A DNA stretch of 63,891 bases, the filler included, from Octopus bimaculoides (taxonomy: Eukaryota): the NCBI RefSeq assembly GCF_001194135.2. It is 7 parts of 7 records of this genome, joined end to end, with 100 filler letters (N's around TTAATTAATTAA, not from the genome) between each part and the next. Parts side by side here need not be neighbours in the genome. Positions count along the whole stretch, not along the records: positions 61,884 to 63,891 come from NC_068985.1; 6 more parts are not named here. The stretch is one strand, 5' to 3'. The number at the start of each line of letters is the position of its first letter. The stretch's first letter is position 1. Positions 63,536-63,891 of this stretch are shown here, piece by piece. The notes under the pieces are model-generated. The model saw nothing but the letters and a program-made list of their open reading frames with translations, searched no databases and had not been told where the DNA came from. The translations under genes were made by a program, and so were the position numbers.

Positions 63536-63891
63536 CTAAAAGTAAAGGGGATGCCCACTCTCAATGGAATAAGGGGAATCCTCGGTATAAAGATATCCTC
63601 TCCCTTTCCACATACCTGTACTTGAACCACAAAGAGCCAGGATCACATAACATGCATGTTTGCAATATCACTGCAAACAATACCCTGAGACCTTTGGAGC
63701 ACTTTGATGCAGTGGCTTCTGCCAGCATTGACACTGTGCCCCATCTTCTAGCAAACTATGCATGAAGCAGGCCTCCTAGTATCTTCCACATATCTCGCCA
63801 TCAAAGGCTTTCAGTTCATGGAAACATGTTGGTCCTCTGACCTTGTGCAGTAAAAGACTGAAGTAGTAACATTACTGTTGACTGATGGACC
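63536..63891 (-). mobile_element. Helitron Rep-Hel fragment, internally deleted
   Basis: CYYFSLLLHKVRGPTCFHELKAFDG..C..EAC..LLED joined within ~150 bp to GKGEDIFIPRIPLIP..IPFTF. Confidence 0.8.

Noticed and set aside
63681-63695. ccctgagacc resembling the miR-125 5' end
   Set aside because: Lies in Helitron coding sequence with no hairpin

Overview
AT-rich, microsatellite-dense eukaryotic draft scaffold with many N gaps. The SINE families, repeat content and gap style point to an octopus/coleoid cephalopod genome; this is inference, not a database result. I found no host gene I can support, and nearly all long ORFs in the track come from microsatellites or N runs. The window is a layered transposon landscape: at least five tRNA-derived SINE families, relics of RTE, L1/Tx1-like, CR1/Jockey-like, R4/Dong-type (restriction-like endonuclease, RLE) and Penelope-like (PLE) retroelements, Helitron and hAT fragments, and MITE-like foldbacks. 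The most notable signal is RNA-structural. At least seven type I hammerhead ribozyme (HHR) motifs, intact or decayed, occur in three clear sequence families, plus a degenerate fourth-family candidate and one truncated copy. Three loci show a divergent inverted-pair architecture, and one of these is a tRNA-headed SINE with an HHR tail inside a 12-bp target-site duplication (TSD). Other highlights: a signal-peptide-like/2A-like (SVEPNPGP) ORF start, RLE retroelements abutting (TAA)n or (CATA)n tracts, and SINE multimers sharing a junction at three loci. All family names come from motif recognition and were not confirmed by search.
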